NCBI GenBank assembly: GCA_964016885.1
Contig: OZ024757.1
Coordinates: forward strand, 35,526,001 to 35,590,000
DNA from: Eledone cirrhosa
Lineage: Eukaryota
Direction of reading: 5' to 3'
DNA: 64,000 nt
The position numbers were made by a program, and so were the translations under genes. Under the pieces are notes generated by a model. It was given only the letters and a program-made list of their open reading frames with translations, was not told the DNA's origin and ran no database searches. This document shows positions 13,520 through 26,210 of this stretch, piece after piece. Each line of letters starts with the position of its first letter. The first letter of the stretch is position 1.

Positions 13520-13558
<39 letters not shown>

Positions 13559-13837
13559 ACATATATATAAACGCAATCTGAGTTTTTCGAATATTAATAA
13601 TAATATTCGATTGGTTTGCAGTTATGCAAACAGCCCTCTTTCAAGCCATATCAGTAGAATGAGCCCCCCCCCTCCCCATTCTTGCTCTTGTGTTTCTGGG
13701 TGATTGCCCCTCATCAGTGCAGTTTACTGTTCACCTGCCAACTGTCAGAGCTAGTGAAAATATATGGTATTTTCTAAAATATACAGTGACTGATCAATGA
13801 TATTAATAAATGGAAACTATATTTATAAAACCATATT

Positions 13838-13900
13838 TATTTTATTATATATATTTCAAGGGTACCAAAAAACTTTGGTACGCCCTCATCAGATAAAATA
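13838..13900 (-). ncRNA. Minimal type I hammerhead ribozyme (family C)
   Basis: Reverse complement of the motif at 15767-15829. Confidence 0.7.
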
Positions 13901-15234
13901 CAAAATTTGTTTCATAAATAGTGACATATCCCAGAAACCAGACCTTATCGGTTCAGGTTCCGTTTGGATAGTGAAAGGAAAAGAAAAAAGAAAATTTCAA
14001 ATCTTTAGGATGGATATGTAAATGAAGTAGAAGCGAAGACTGAAAAAGTCGTTATATTTAGACGCCATGTAAATTTAAATAATTATTAGGATACTTTATA
14101 AAGGAAGAAGAAAGTAAATTTAAAAATTAAAAATGTGTTGAAGTGTTAGAATACTAATCTAAAAATTTTTAATATTTAAACAAATGATGAGTTATAATAT
14201 TATATAGGTAATCCTTATAATTAAATTTTATGAAGAATAAAGTTGTAAGTACACTTAAGCTTATCATATTACAACAGGTCATTTATATAAATAAATAAAA
14301 ATATAAAAATTATTGGTGATTATATAGTTGATATTTTAAGTAGATAAATAATTCAAATATTATTTTATAATTTAAGGGTTACAAAAGATATTGTGTTTAC
14401 ATTTTCAATATATAGTTAAGAAAAAGACGTAGTTCAAATTTTATTAGAGAAGAACTTTTTGTACTTTCAAATAGTTCCATCGAGATAGAAAACATTTACC
14501 GAAAATTAAGTTATCGAAATTATAGAGAATTTATTATTTATGTTGTTAAGAAGAGAGGATGCTTTATGCGTGCTACATTTTAAAGAAAAAGAAAACTCCA
14601 ACGTTTCTTAGTTACACTATTTACGTTAGATTTGTTATTTATATTAGAATTTACTTAAAAAAACGGAATGTAAATGGGAAAATTTTATATATTATTTTGT
14701 GTATGATTATAAGGTATTTTATATTACATGTTTTCAAAGATGAGAATTTATTTTATATATGTATTTAGATATTATCTATATATTCAATTAGGAAGAAAAA
14801 ATCATTACAGACATCATGAGTGTGTTTAGAAACTAGCACAAAAGGATATATTTCAAAATATCAATTAAAAATATCAATTAAATAAACATTAAGAAGAATA
14901 TCAATTGGAAAAGAAAATCATTTGTAAAAATAATTTGTAAAAAATATTACATAAAAAGAAAAATATCATTTAAAAATCATCACTAAACATCGACAGAAAC
15001 ATATTGAAGACATAAAATATATTTTCTTAACTATATATTGAAAATGTAAACACAATATCTTTTGTAACCCTTAAATTATCAAATAATATTTGAATTATTT
15101 ATGTACTTAAAATAACAACTATATAAATCACCAATAATTTTTATATTTTTATTTATTTATATAAATGACCTGTTGTAATATAATAAGCTTAAGTGTACTT
15201 ACAACTTTATTCTTCATAAAATCTAATTATAAGG

Positions 15235-15431
15235 TATTGTTATACTTTGGGAGGGTCATGTTGCCAATAAGAAATACACGCACCAGTTGCTTTCACTTCA
15301 ATTTATTATAATAAATTTATAAATTTAGGAATTGGTGCGTGTATTTCTTATTGGCAACATGACCCTCCCAAAGTATAACAATATCGGTTTCAACACACGA
15401 TTTCAGATAAAGAATCTTGCTAAACAAATTC
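15235..15431. mobile_element. Family A hairpin+tail element inserted with ~13-bp TSD
   Basis: TSD tctaattataagg (15222-15234, 15430-15442); empty site in the opposite arm (~14215-14235); other copies ~2439, 45536, 47796, 62535. Confidence 0.85.
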
Positions 15432-15766
15432 TAATTATAAGGATTATCTATATAATATTATAACTCATCATATGGTTAAATATTTAAAATTTTTAGATTT
15501 GTATTCTAACACTTCAACACATTTTTAATTTTTTAATTTATTTTCTTCTTTCTTCTTCCTTTATAAAGTATCCTAATAATTATTTAAATTTACATGGCGT
15601 CTAAATATAACGACTTTTTCAGTCTTCGCTTCTACTTCATTTACATATCCATCCTAAAGATTTGAAATTTTCTTTTTTTTTTTCCTTTTCCTTTCACTAT
15701 CCAAACGGAACCGAACCGATAAGGTCTGGTTTCTGGGGTATGTCACTATTTATAAAACAAATTTTG

Positions 15767-15829
15767 TATTTTATCTGATGAGGGCGTACCAAAGTTTTTT
15801 GGTACCCTTGAAATATATATAATAAAATA
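15767..15829 (+). ncRNA. Minimal type I hammerhead ribozyme (family C)
   Basis: TATTTTAT-CTGATGA-GGGCGTACCAAAG tttt TTGGTACCCTT-GAAA-TATATA-TA-ATAAAATA: 8-bp stem I, stem II, palindromic stem III, AUA site. Confidence 0.72.
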
Positions 15830-15958
15830 AATATGGTTTTATAAATATAGTTTCCATTTATTAATATCATTGATATTATACTCCAGGTATACTGTTGAGT
15901 GCTTCGAATCTGTTATAAATAAATTTGTTGAATTACCAAAAAATTAAATATCTCTTTG

Positions 15959-16017
<59 letters not shown>

Positions 16018-16057
16018 GATATTAAACAAATGGAAACTATATTTATAAAACCATATT

Positions 16058-16123
16058 TATTTCATTATACATATTTCAGGGATACCATATTAAAAATATG
16101 GCATGCCTTCTTCAGATAAAATA
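16058..16123 (-). ncRNA. Hammerhead variant (family C)
   Basis: Minus: tattttat-CTGAAGA-aggcatgccatatt...aatatggtatccct-GAAA-tatgta-TA-atgaaata. Confidence 0.6.
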
Positions 16124-16251
16124 CAATATATAAACAGTTTTATAAATAATTTTGACGTACCATAAATATAAGTGACCATTAAGATAGGAGTGCGTTATAT
16201 CGGTTATAAAATATTTACTTGTTGTAACCCAACAATTTAAAATAAAACCTT

Positions 16252-16336
<85 letters not shown>

Positions 16337-16790
16337 ATATATATTCAACCAAAGGAAGTGCTTGAAAATATATTATCATAAAATTATTTGAAGTAACTTC
16401 TTTGGTTGTCAATTGATTTGTGTCTCATGTCAGGAACACGCGAGTCGGCGACAAATGTTGGCGACAAGCTGGGAGTATCGGCGGGAAACTGTGACTTACT
16501 ATGTAGTTAGTTACTCTGATGCTATTTATCTGTTTTTCAGATTCTCGCACGTAAACACATACACACATACACACGCACACACACACACATATATATTTAT
16601 ATATATATATTTATATATATATATACATATATTTATATATATATACATATATATATATACATACATATATATATACATACATAAATAAATAAACAAATAT
16701 ATATATATACTTATATACACAAGTATATACATATATATATACATATACATACATAAATAAATAAATATATATATATATTTATATACACAA

Positions 16791-16843
<53 letters not shown>

Positions 16844-17246
16844 AAAAAGTATGACCCAGACAGCAGCGCTCAAGCCGTTTCAACGGCTATTTCTGGACTG
16901 AAATAGCCGTCGAAATGGCTTGAGCTCTGCCGTCGGGGTCATACTTTTTCCTATTTCCACTCTACTACCCTAAGTATTGAGTACTCTGGTGCGTTATGGT
17001 CCATCTGGTTCCTTACCACATATCCTTTGCTATATATATATATATATATATGTGTATATATATACTTGTATGCATATAAGTATGTATATATATATATATA
17101 TATATTTGTGACTAAATGTATGTGTGAGTGCGTGTGTGTATGCGTATATATATATATATATATATCTGTGTGTGTGTGTTTACATATTTGAAACCTAGAT
17201 ATGTTTTTAAATACATTAGTTATATTTCGGTACACTGAATTTTCAG

Positions 17247-17282
17247 ATGTCATGCTGTGTTTGGTTTAAAGAGATTGTGTCA
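17247..17282 (+). CDS. Candidate 36-nt exon ([12 protein letters not shown])
   Basis: Acceptor cactgaattttcag|, donor TCA|GTATGT, open in phase 0-0; a unique island inside microsatellite. Confidence 0.4.
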
Positions 17283-17749
17283 GTATGTATATGTGTGTGT
17301 GTGTATTTATGTGTGTATATAATATATATATGTGTGTGTGTATATAAATATATGTATATATATATATGTGTGTGTATATAATATATATATTATATATATA
17401 TATATAATATAGTATATATATAAATGTGTGTGAATATAATATATGTATATATATATGTGTGTGTATGTAATATATGTATATATATATGTGTGTGTGTGTA
17501 TATAATATATGTATATATATATATATGTGTGTGTATATGATATGTATATATGTATATACATATATATGTGTGTGTGTGTGTATTTATGTTTACATACTTA
17601 AGACCAATGCACATATATAAACACATATGCCTGTATATATATGTATATATGAGTGAGTGTATGTGTGTGCTTGTATGTATGTATTTATATATGTATGTGT
17701 GTGTATATATATATGTATGTAGGTATGTATGTGCGTGTGTTTGAATGTT

Positions 17750-17822
<73 letters not shown>

Positions 17823-18874
17823 GTATGTATGTACGTATATATGTATGTGTATATGTGTATCTATGTATGTGTGAATGTACGTACATATGTATGTGTATAT
17901 ATGTATGTGTATGTATGTATATATATTTATGAATGTATGTATATATGTGTATATATGTATGTATATATGTATGTATAGATGTATGTATATATGTATGCAT
18001 GTATATATGCATATATGTATGATGTGTATGTATGTATATATATTTATGAATGCATGTATATATGTATGTATGTATATATGTATGTATATATGTATGCATA
18101 TATGTATGTATATATGCATGTATATATGTATGATGTGTATGTATGTATATATATTTATGAATGCATGTATATATGTATGTATGTATATATGTGTATATAT
18201 TATGTATATATGTGTATATATTATGTATATATGTGTATATATTATGTATATATGTATGTATATATGTATGTATATATGTATGTATATATGTATGCATATA
18301 TGTATGTATATATGTATGTATATATGTATGATATGTGTATGTATGTATATATATTTATGAATGCATGTATATATGTATGTATATATGTATATATATATGT
18401 ATATATGTATGATATGTGTATGTATGTATGTATGATATGTGTATGTATGTATATATGTAGGTAGGTGTGTAGGTAGGTGTGATGTATAGACAGATGTAGA
18501 TATATAGATACGAGTCTGAGATACCCGGGTGGTGTGTGTAATAAAAGATGTGGGAACAGTCTCAATTATCGAAACAACTCTCCCCTAACTCCCCCACCCT
18601 AGGGCCAACCACACCTACCCTACCGTCCTTTTAACTCTACTTCTCACCCTCCCTCTATGTCTCCCCCACCCTCTCTCCCTTCGTCACATTTCATGTAATT
18701 AAGACAGTAAAAAGAAATGGATGGAAGAAAAGGGAAGTAAAGAAAGAAGGAAAGAAGGAAAGAAAGAAAGAAATGAAGGACAATACAGAAAAGAAAAAAA
18801 GAAAAGGGAAATAAATAACGTGTTTTCCACCTAAACCGGAATTAGTTTTTTGTTTTAGAACACATTATTATTAT

Positions 18875-19025
18875 TAGCAGCATAGAGTTACGGCCCTTTG
18901 TTGTCTGAGTTTAAATCCTGCCGAGGTTAGCTTTGCCTTTCATCATTACGGGGTCGATAAAATAAAGTACCAGTAATACACTGGCATAATTGCTGGCCTT
19001 GTGCCTAAAGTAGAAACAATTATTA
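18875..19025 (+). mobile_element. SINE, 5'-truncated
   Basis: gagtttaaatcc, gcctttcatcattacggggtcgataaaataaagtaccag, tail gtagaaacaattatt. Confidence 0.85.
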
Positions 19026-19237
19026 TGATTGGTCTAAGCGGACGTATTTTGCTCGCTCACAGTAAGTCGCTTTATTTGCCTGTTAAAATTATTTGTTGTT
19101 AAATATTTCTTGTTGTGTAAGGGACATAAGCCCTTAGACTTTGCCCCGTGAAGGGGAAAGTATAATATTTGGGCCTTTTGGCCCAAATATTTGAACTTTT
19201 TTTTACATGTTAAAAAATTTACGAAGAAAAAAAAAAC

Positions 19238-21148
19238 ATGGCTGAGCCACGCCCCCCAGCGATATGTCGGCTGTCGTGCGACAACGACGTAGAAGTTGAG
19301 AGGAGCGCTACAGCGAAATTAACACACATTGATAACACAAACACCACCACAAACAAGGTAAACAAAGACACCGATGATACCAATAAGAACTCTAATTTTG
19401 AAAAAAAATGACAGTAACAGCGACAACGAAAATACAGATAACAAAAAAAAGAATAACAAATACAACAACAATATCAACACCACTAACATGAAAACAAATA
19501 GCGACAACACCAGCAGCAACAATACCAACTGCACCGAGAACAACGGTGGCAACAAAGACAACAATGATAACAGCGACAGTGCTAACAACAACACCAACAA
19601 GAACAACGACAACAAAACCCCCAACGAAAACACGAAGAACACTTTCGCTGCGGCAGCAGCAAAAAAGAGGCCATGCTTCAACATGGACCTTTCAAACAAA
19701 GATGAAAAGTTGGCCCAGACATGGAAGCTCATCAAGCAAGAGCAAACTTGGGCCAACTTAACTGTCCAGGTAAAAGCTATTGAGGCAGTGGAGCGCAAAA
19801 CGGTGCATTATAGATGCATCTCAGCACAAACCAAAAGGGCAGCTTTAATCCCACAAGAAGATGTCGAAGTCGCGCTGAGGTGCATCAGAGAAGACACCCA
19901 GTACATAGAGAGGGGCAGACAGTACGGCACCATTTCGGTGTTGTTCAAGTCAGAAGCCCTCGCTATGAAACACGCTATGACTCCTTGCAAAACCAGCAAG
20001 GTCATAATGTACCCCTCCCACATGGGAAAAAGAACAGCCCGTCTCCGCATTCCCAGAATCCCACCAGGACTTGAAATGTGGTGGCTTCTGGGATGTGTGA
20101 TTGTGGAGGGGACGAATACAGTCCCTATAGAAGTGACCAGAACGGCCAGAGAGGACTGGTCCGGGGTTGACCTGGAGATCCTTCTCCAGATCAGGCCCGA
20201 GAATGTGAAGACAATCCCGGATCACATTATGACTGAAGGCAAAAGGCCGCAGTGTTTTGTTTGTGGGGGAAAAAACCCATTTGCGAGCCTTCTGCCCTCA
20301 ACTGCTGAAAGAGGCAAGGGGTCGAAAGGCTTCACTGCTGCCGACGCCAGCACCGGCAAAACCACCAACAACAACACCAATAGAAAGACCACCACCAACA
20401 TTGACCACCAGGGGGGAAACGAGGAAAGCTGTCAAATTCCCCCTCCCCCCAAAAATACACACCAATAAAACCATAAACATACATACAGACACAGACCCCT
20501 CATCTACCAGTAGTGAAAATGAGGTAAATCCAAAATCCCCCAAAATACAAAAAAGGAAACACAAAACGAAAAAAAAAACTCAACAAAGCACAAAAGCACC
20601 CACAATAAAAAACAGACACCACCCATGCAAACATCTCTCCAATAACACCAACATCAACACCACCATCACCATCACCAGAATCCCCCAAACGCAAACAACC
20701 GAAACAGACGCAAGAACAAATATACACACAAACATCTGAAACCACAGACACCGCATTCACAACAAACACAGATACAACCGAAACAACACCACCAAAACCA
20801 TCACCACCACATCCACGCAAACAAATAAAATCACACCAACAAAACATACAAAACTTCGTGCTCGTCAGGAGGGCCAACAAGGAACTGATGGCCCTCGTAG
20901 CACGAAGTGAAAATATATAAAAAGAGGGGGACATTTTTAAATCGAGCACATTTCGCGTGCCGGAAGATTTGGTTCTGGTGCGAATGTCGCTCGACATTTT
21001 CAAAGAAATACGAGACAGCTTTCCTCGGGATGTGGGAACCCCGAACGTAAAACCCACTTCAAGACTTTTAAAGGGGTTCCCAAAAGAAATCCCACTAACT
21101 ATGGAGGTCGAACAACCCGACCATCACAAGAGCCCGGAAGGTAAGTAA
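19238..21148 (+). pseudogene. LINE ORF1 (Asn-rich N-terminus, RRM-like middle, CCHC zinc knuckle), frameshifted
   Basis: ATG at 19238; ORF 19374-20468; removing one G near 20265 restores C-FV-C-GEKT-H-LRAF-C (CX2CX4HX4C); continues in pieces 20257-20739 and 20957-21148. Confidence 0.8.
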
Positions 21149-21179
21149 ACCTTCCTCTCTCTCTGTTTAACCTGCTAAC

Positions 21180-22658
21180 ATGGCCGTATTAAGAGTAGGA
21201 TGTTTAAATGTTCGAGGCCTGGGATCGTCCTGGAAACAGGGTCACCTTCTCAACGACCTCAGGTCTATAGAAATGGATGTAATTGCAGTCACCGAGACCA
21301 GGATTTCCGACACGCGCGCACTAGCCCCCATTTTCGACGACTATCAGATCTTTGCATCTGTTAGCCGGCCGGGAATGGGAGGCGGGGTGGCAGTGCTGTT
21401 TAGGAAAGGCCTGGATCTCAAGGTAAGATCGATCTTCCGGGACCCGGACGGGAAGTTGGTGGTCCTGGACGTGAACAATAATGAAGGTGGTGCCTTTCGA
21501 CTGGTGGCCGTCTATGCTCCTACCGGGGCAGGACGGCCAGACTTCTTTAGACGCCTGGAAGCCTTTCTGGGTACGTCTCGCCCTTTACTGTTAGTGGGGG
21601 ACTGGAACGGCATCTTAGACGCACGCTGGGACTGTGTGGGAGTATCCGATAGGAGCGGGGGGTGCAAAAGCTTCAAGAACCTGATCAGCCAGTTCCAACT
21701 GTCTGACAGGTACCGACTAGATTTCCCTAATGCGCCAGTGTGGACCTGGGCTAACCGCATAGTGTCATCTAGATCGTATATAGACAGGAAATTCATTAGG
21801 AAAATAGACAGAAATAGTGCAAGCTGTCCACGTTTTGAAACGGTTGCCTATTCAGATCACAAGTTTGTGATCTGTATGGTCGACCTAGACAAGACGAGTA
21901 GGTTAGGACCTGGTTACTGGGAGCTAAACATGAAATTTCCGGCACGTAAGGCTTACAGGGACCAGGTCAACAATTTAGTTAAGAAAAAGTTGACAGGGGG
22001 AGTCGTCAACAATAGATGGTGGGGGGCTCTCAAAAGAGAGATTAGAGTAATGTCGATAGAGTTTAGCAAAGAAGTAGCATTAGAGAAAAATAGAAAGGAG
22101 GGGGAGTTGGTAGATAAGTTAGACGAGGCTATTGGTAGTGGCATTGCAACTGACGTGCTAGCGGCGAGAATGGCATTAGACCATTTCTTCAATGCGAAAC
22201 ACGAAAGTTGCATTGTCAGAGCTAAGGCGCGTGCTCTGAGAAACGAGGGAACCAAAGCTGTTCGATGGGCCCGCGTGGCAGAGGCGCAGCGTGGAAATTA
22301 TACCACGATTCGGTCTTTGACGGACCGAGACGGGCACGAGCTGAGCGATTCCAAGAGTATGTGTGAGGCCTTTCGCCAACATTTTGCTCGGTTGTTCGGG
22401 GGAAGTGGCGGATCAGAGATGGTGGCGGACTTCAGTCCCTACCTCGATGGCTTGCCACAACTCTCGACAGCTGACGCTGGGCGCTGCGAAAGGCCAATTA
22501 CTTCAGCCGAGATTCGGGATGCCCTTGTCGGCTGCATGAGGCGCAAGTCACCCGGTTTGGATGGTCTGCCCTACGAGCTTTACATAAATATGCCAGACTT
22601 GTTCTCCAATCTCCTCGAAGCCCTCTACTGCAACTGGCAGCAAAACGGGAGTAGGTAG
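21180..22658 (+). CDS. LINE ORF2: APE endonuclease + linker + first RT motif, truncated (492 aa)
   Basis: CLNVRGL, AVTET, GGGVAVL, VYAP, GDWN, YIDR, SDH motifs, then KSPGLDGLPYELY. Confidence 0.9.
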   Translation: MAVLRVGCLNVRGLGSSWKQGHLLNDLRSIEMDVIAVTETRISDTRALAPIFDDYQIFASVSRPGMGGGVAVLFRKGLDLKVRSIFRDPDGKLVVLDVNNNEGGAFRLVAVYAPTGAGRPDFFRRLEAFLGTSRPLLLVGDWNGILDARWDCVGVSDRSGGCKSFKNLISQFQLSDRYRLDFPNAPVWTWANRIVSSRSYIDRKFIRKIDRNSASCPRFETVAYSDHKFVICMVDLDKTSRLGPGYWELNMKFPARKAYRDQVNNLVKKKLTGGVVNNRWWGALKREIRVMSIEFSKEVALEKNRKEGELVDKLDEAIGSGIATDVLAARMALDHFFNAKHESCIVRAKARALRNEGTKAVRWARVAEAQRGNYTTIRSLTDRDGHELSDSKSMCEAFRQHFARLFGGSGGSEMVADFSPYLDGLPQLSTADAGRCERPITSAEIRDALVGCMRRKSPGLDGLPYELYINMPDLFSNLLEALYCNWQQNGSR

Positions 22659-22962
22659 GTAAATTTGAAGAGGGGTGCCCTTCCATGGTACTCTCGAAGC
22701 GTCGGGTCGTTCAGGACTGGTGGGGTACCTGAGCGAACCCTAGGTGGTCACCCCCCTCCCCCATTGGGGAATTTTTTCTTGTAATTTTTTTGTTACTTTA
22801 TTGTTACTTTGTTATTGTTATTCATATTGTTTACTCGATTTTTCTGTAAAACCCCACTGTCCCAGTCTTTTGTATTGTCCCCTATATGTCGGCCTTTGTG
22901 GCCAATAAATGAAATCATTATTATTATTATTGATGATGATGATAATTTGTTTGTTGTTTCAG

Positions 22963-23041
22963 ACAGTGAACAGTCCTCAGTACTACTCTGAAAAACTTCA
23001 TCATTTAGGAGAAGTACCCAACAACTCTGCCCCACAAATCG
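22963..23041 (+). CDS. Candidate 79-nt exon (TVNSPQYYSEKLHHLGEVPNNSAPQI)
   Basis: Strong acceptor ttgtttgttgtttcag|, consensus donor G|GTAAGT; only phase 0 is stop-free. Confidence 0.55.
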
Positions 23042-23228
23042 GTAAGTCAGAATATTTATTCACATGTCTTCAAATGTGTATTTATATTTCAGATATACAT
23101 TTATATTTCAGATGTCTTATTGCTAGAGCAGTGGTTCTCTAAGACCTAGACCATAATTTCTTCCCCATGCAACCCCGGGTTAACCCTGTGATTCTGTGAA
23201 ACTCGGTTCACAACCCTCTCTCTGTAAT

Positions 23229-23489
23229 CCAAGGTTCCCTCAATTCTACCCTATTCTGAATTGTCATCTAGTTATTTTTCACCTGAGTACCATCTCAATA
23301 TGAACAGACTTTTCAAACTTCAATAACTGTATAGTCTGGTGGTTTTCAGGGCCCCTGGTCACCTTCCTCCACTTGTGGTCCCAGGTTTCCTCAATTCCAC
23401 CCTATTTTGAATTGTCAACCAGTACATACTCACCTGAGCACCATATCAACATAAGCCAGCTTTACAAACCTCTGTCATTGTATAGTTCT
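23229..23489. repeat. Diverged direct duplication, ~150-bp period
   Basis: ccaaggttccctcaattctaccctattctgaattgtca...tgtatagt is repeated at ~23380-23489. Confidence 0.8.
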
Positions 23490-23594
23490 AAACTGGATTA
23501 AATCTGAAGCAGCAGTGTTTAATGAACTGTTAATTTGTGATCACCTTTATATATACACACTGTACTCTATAGTAGGATATATTAGTATTTCATT

Positions 23595-23689
<95 letters not shown>

Positions 23690-23750
23690 AATTTCCAACC
23701 GATAAGGTATATTTTTCATGGGTACGTCTCTATTTATAAAACAAACTTTG

Positions 23751-23815
23751 TATTTTATCTGATGAAAGCGTACCAATGTTGTCTTGGTTGCCCTTGAACT
23801 ATATATAATAAAATA
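23751..23815 (+). ncRNA. Hammerhead (family C), GAAA mutated to GAAC
   Basis: tattttat-CTGATGA-aagcgtaccaa...ttggttgccctt-GAAC-tatata-TA-ataaaata; family tail follows to ~23950. Confidence 0.5.
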
Positions 23816-24062
23816 AATATGGTTTTATAAATATAGTTTTCCATTTATTTAATATCATGGAATATTTACTCCAGTAATTTGTTGAGTGCTCTAAATCAGT
23901 TACAAACATTTATGTGTCGGACTTCCAACAAATTAAATACAACTTCTACTTATATATATACAATGTACTCTATAGTAGGATATATTAGTATTTCTTTGAA
24001 TATATATATATACACAATATACACTATAGTTGGGTATATTAGTATTTCATTATATATATATA

Positions 24063-24676
24063 TCTGTATATATATAAAATTAAGTGTGTGTCTGTGTATT
24101 ACCTATAGGGGCCTACATCTTACGACCAATTTTCATGAAGCTTTACAGGCTCATAGATTAGTCGTCGGGGAGTGTTTTCTATATATCAGCGTATCGTTTT
24201 TTTTTTTATTCCGGAGTCATTCTGCAGATTAAAATCGATAGGGGTGTCACCTTTTTTTTGGTATCGAAAAATAAGATTTTTGGCTCTAGCTCCCACATTT
24301 TGCCACCGATTTCGTTCAAATTTTAAAGCAAAATAGAATTTATTGCACATCCTGTAATGGAATATCTTGCATTTGTTGTTCAGGAACGGCGTGGCAGCCG
24401 CTTAAATATTCGAAAATACCACATTTTCGCTCAAATTTCCTCCTTTTCGGCTCTACCTACCACATTATTCAACCGATCTCGTTCAAATTCGAAACTCCCT
24501 CCCCCCAGCATGCCCCTTCATCAGTCACCCGCGTTTAACAGAGATAGAGGTCATCACCCCCGCATGGACTGTGTGTGGCCATAGATGTCATCGAGAAGCA
24601 GTCCCTAAGATCAACACCTTTTCATCAAAGCAGATATTATTTTACCTACCCAGGCAACGCTGGGTACTGCTGCTAG
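24063..24676 (+). mobile_element. Non-autonomous Helitron
   Basis: A|TCTGTATATATATAAAA 5' end; 3' hairpin cccaggcaacgctggg followed by CTAG|T; no TSD. Confidence 0.8.
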
Positions 24677-25622
24677 TATATATATAATGAAATATTTGAT
24701 ATTTTATTTGATATACAATATACACTATAGTTGGGTATATTGGTATTAAATATCAGATAAACACTATATACACTATAGTTGAGTATATATACACAATATA
24801 CACTACAGTTAAATATACTGGTATTTCATTTGATATATATACACAATATATACAATTCTCTCTTAGTTTGAATTCCTCCTCTAACTCGCATTCCTCCCCA
24901 ATTCTTCCTCCTAGGATTTGAAATTCTTTCCCTGGGGGCCAAATGCCTCCTTTTTTTTAAATATCACTGCTAGATCCCCCTTGGTTTTCCTCTCATCGGA
25001 AGTAAAGGAAAGAAGCTCCCTATGATTTTTAAATGGGTTTGAAAGTAATCAGGAATTTAGAGACAAGCTTACAAATTTTAAGGAATAAATCTTCTATGTA
25101 CAACTATTTCTTATGTATGTATGTACGTATGTATTTATTTATGTATGTGTGTGTGTGTGTACGAACGTATGTATTTGTGTATGTATGTATGTATGTATGT
25201 ATGTATGTATGTATGTATGTATGTATGTGTGTATATGCGTGTATGTATGTATGTGTGTATGTATGTATGTGTGTATGTATGTATTTATGTATGTATGTGT
25301 GTATATATGTATGTATGTGTGTGTATGTATGTATGTGTGTATATATGTATGTATGTATGTTTGTGTATATATGTATATATGTATGCATGTATGTAAATAT
25401 GTGTGTATGTGTGTATGTATGTTTGTTTGTATATATATATGTATGTATATATATATGTATGCATATATCTATATATGTATGTACATATATATGTATGTTT
25501 ATATGTATGTATGTACATATATATGTATGTTTATATGTATGTATGTATGTATATATGTATGTTTATATGTATGTATGTATGTATATATGTATGTATGTAT
25601 GTATATATATGTATGTATGGAG

Positions 25623-26210
25623 CTACTGGTAACATGAATTCCAGTACAACCTGTCTCATGGTTGGGTCGTTGGCGACTAAATTGGCAACCCCACCAAGGT
25701 TTCTTGGTGAGGGGGGTGACTTTGGACATCCTGCAGGACTAAAAACAAAACCTGTCAAAGGGAAAAGGAGCTCTTAAGAGTCAATGGCCATCCAAAATCA
25801 CCGGGATAGATGACCCCTTAGCCTTTGTCAAGGCAGTTTTCTAGGAGAAGGAAAACTCTGATATAATACCTGCAACCCTGATGGTATCCAATGATGTTGA
25901 CTTGTTCTTTTTGGTAAATATCATCTTGGTTAAGAGAGGGGGACTGGCTTTGTGCAGTGCCTTTGCTCACTATAAAAGCCCCACGGCACAGGCATTGCTT
26001 TATATCTGGAGATCTCTCTGCACTTGTCGTCACATGGTACCATGGGCCCAGCACTATGTGTCAATAATTGTCACATGTGTAGTGTTTGTACCAGAGTTTT
26101 CAAGTCGCTGGCTGGACTAAAAAGTCACACTCGTTCAGCGCATCGGTAGGGGTTCTCCTACATGGATATAAAGTAGTGGCCGTACTCGAAAACGAGTTGG
26201 CAGCCACCAT
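25623..26210 (+). mobile_element. Dispersed non-coding retro-derived repeat (RTE 5'UTR-like); copies also 31578-32085 and 60588-61120
   Basis: Three alignable copies sharing aagagtcaa(t/c)ggccatccaaaa, gacccctagcctttgtca, ggagaaggaaaactc; RTE assignment is recalled similarity only. Confidence 0.65.

Larger units (their letters stand above)
13793..15960. mobile_element. Family C fold-back element (Penelope-like, non-autonomous), ~630-bp arms + tail
   Basis: Arms 13793-14424 and 15022-15874 are inverted; only the right arm continues into the family tail 15875-15960; each arm carries a hammerhead fold. Confidence 0.85.
19030..22915 (+). mobile_element. L1/Tx1-clade LINE, both ends present, RT region internally deleted
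   Basis: 5'UTR, broken ORF1, ORF2 APE + RT start, then direct jump to a 3'UTR ending ccaataaatgaaatc(att)n. Confidence 0.9.

Noticed and set aside
14424-15022. Penelope GIY-YIG/RT remnant in the fold-back spacer
   Set aside because: Very AT-rich with many stops; no motif recognisable by eye, so the Penelope assignment rests on structure only.
23112-23150. Terminal exon DVLLLEQWFSKT* after a 70-nt intron
   Set aside because: The acceptor is a local 20-bp duplication and the sequence runs into CAGTGGTTCTC, resembling a hAT-MITE end; not supportable without transcripts.
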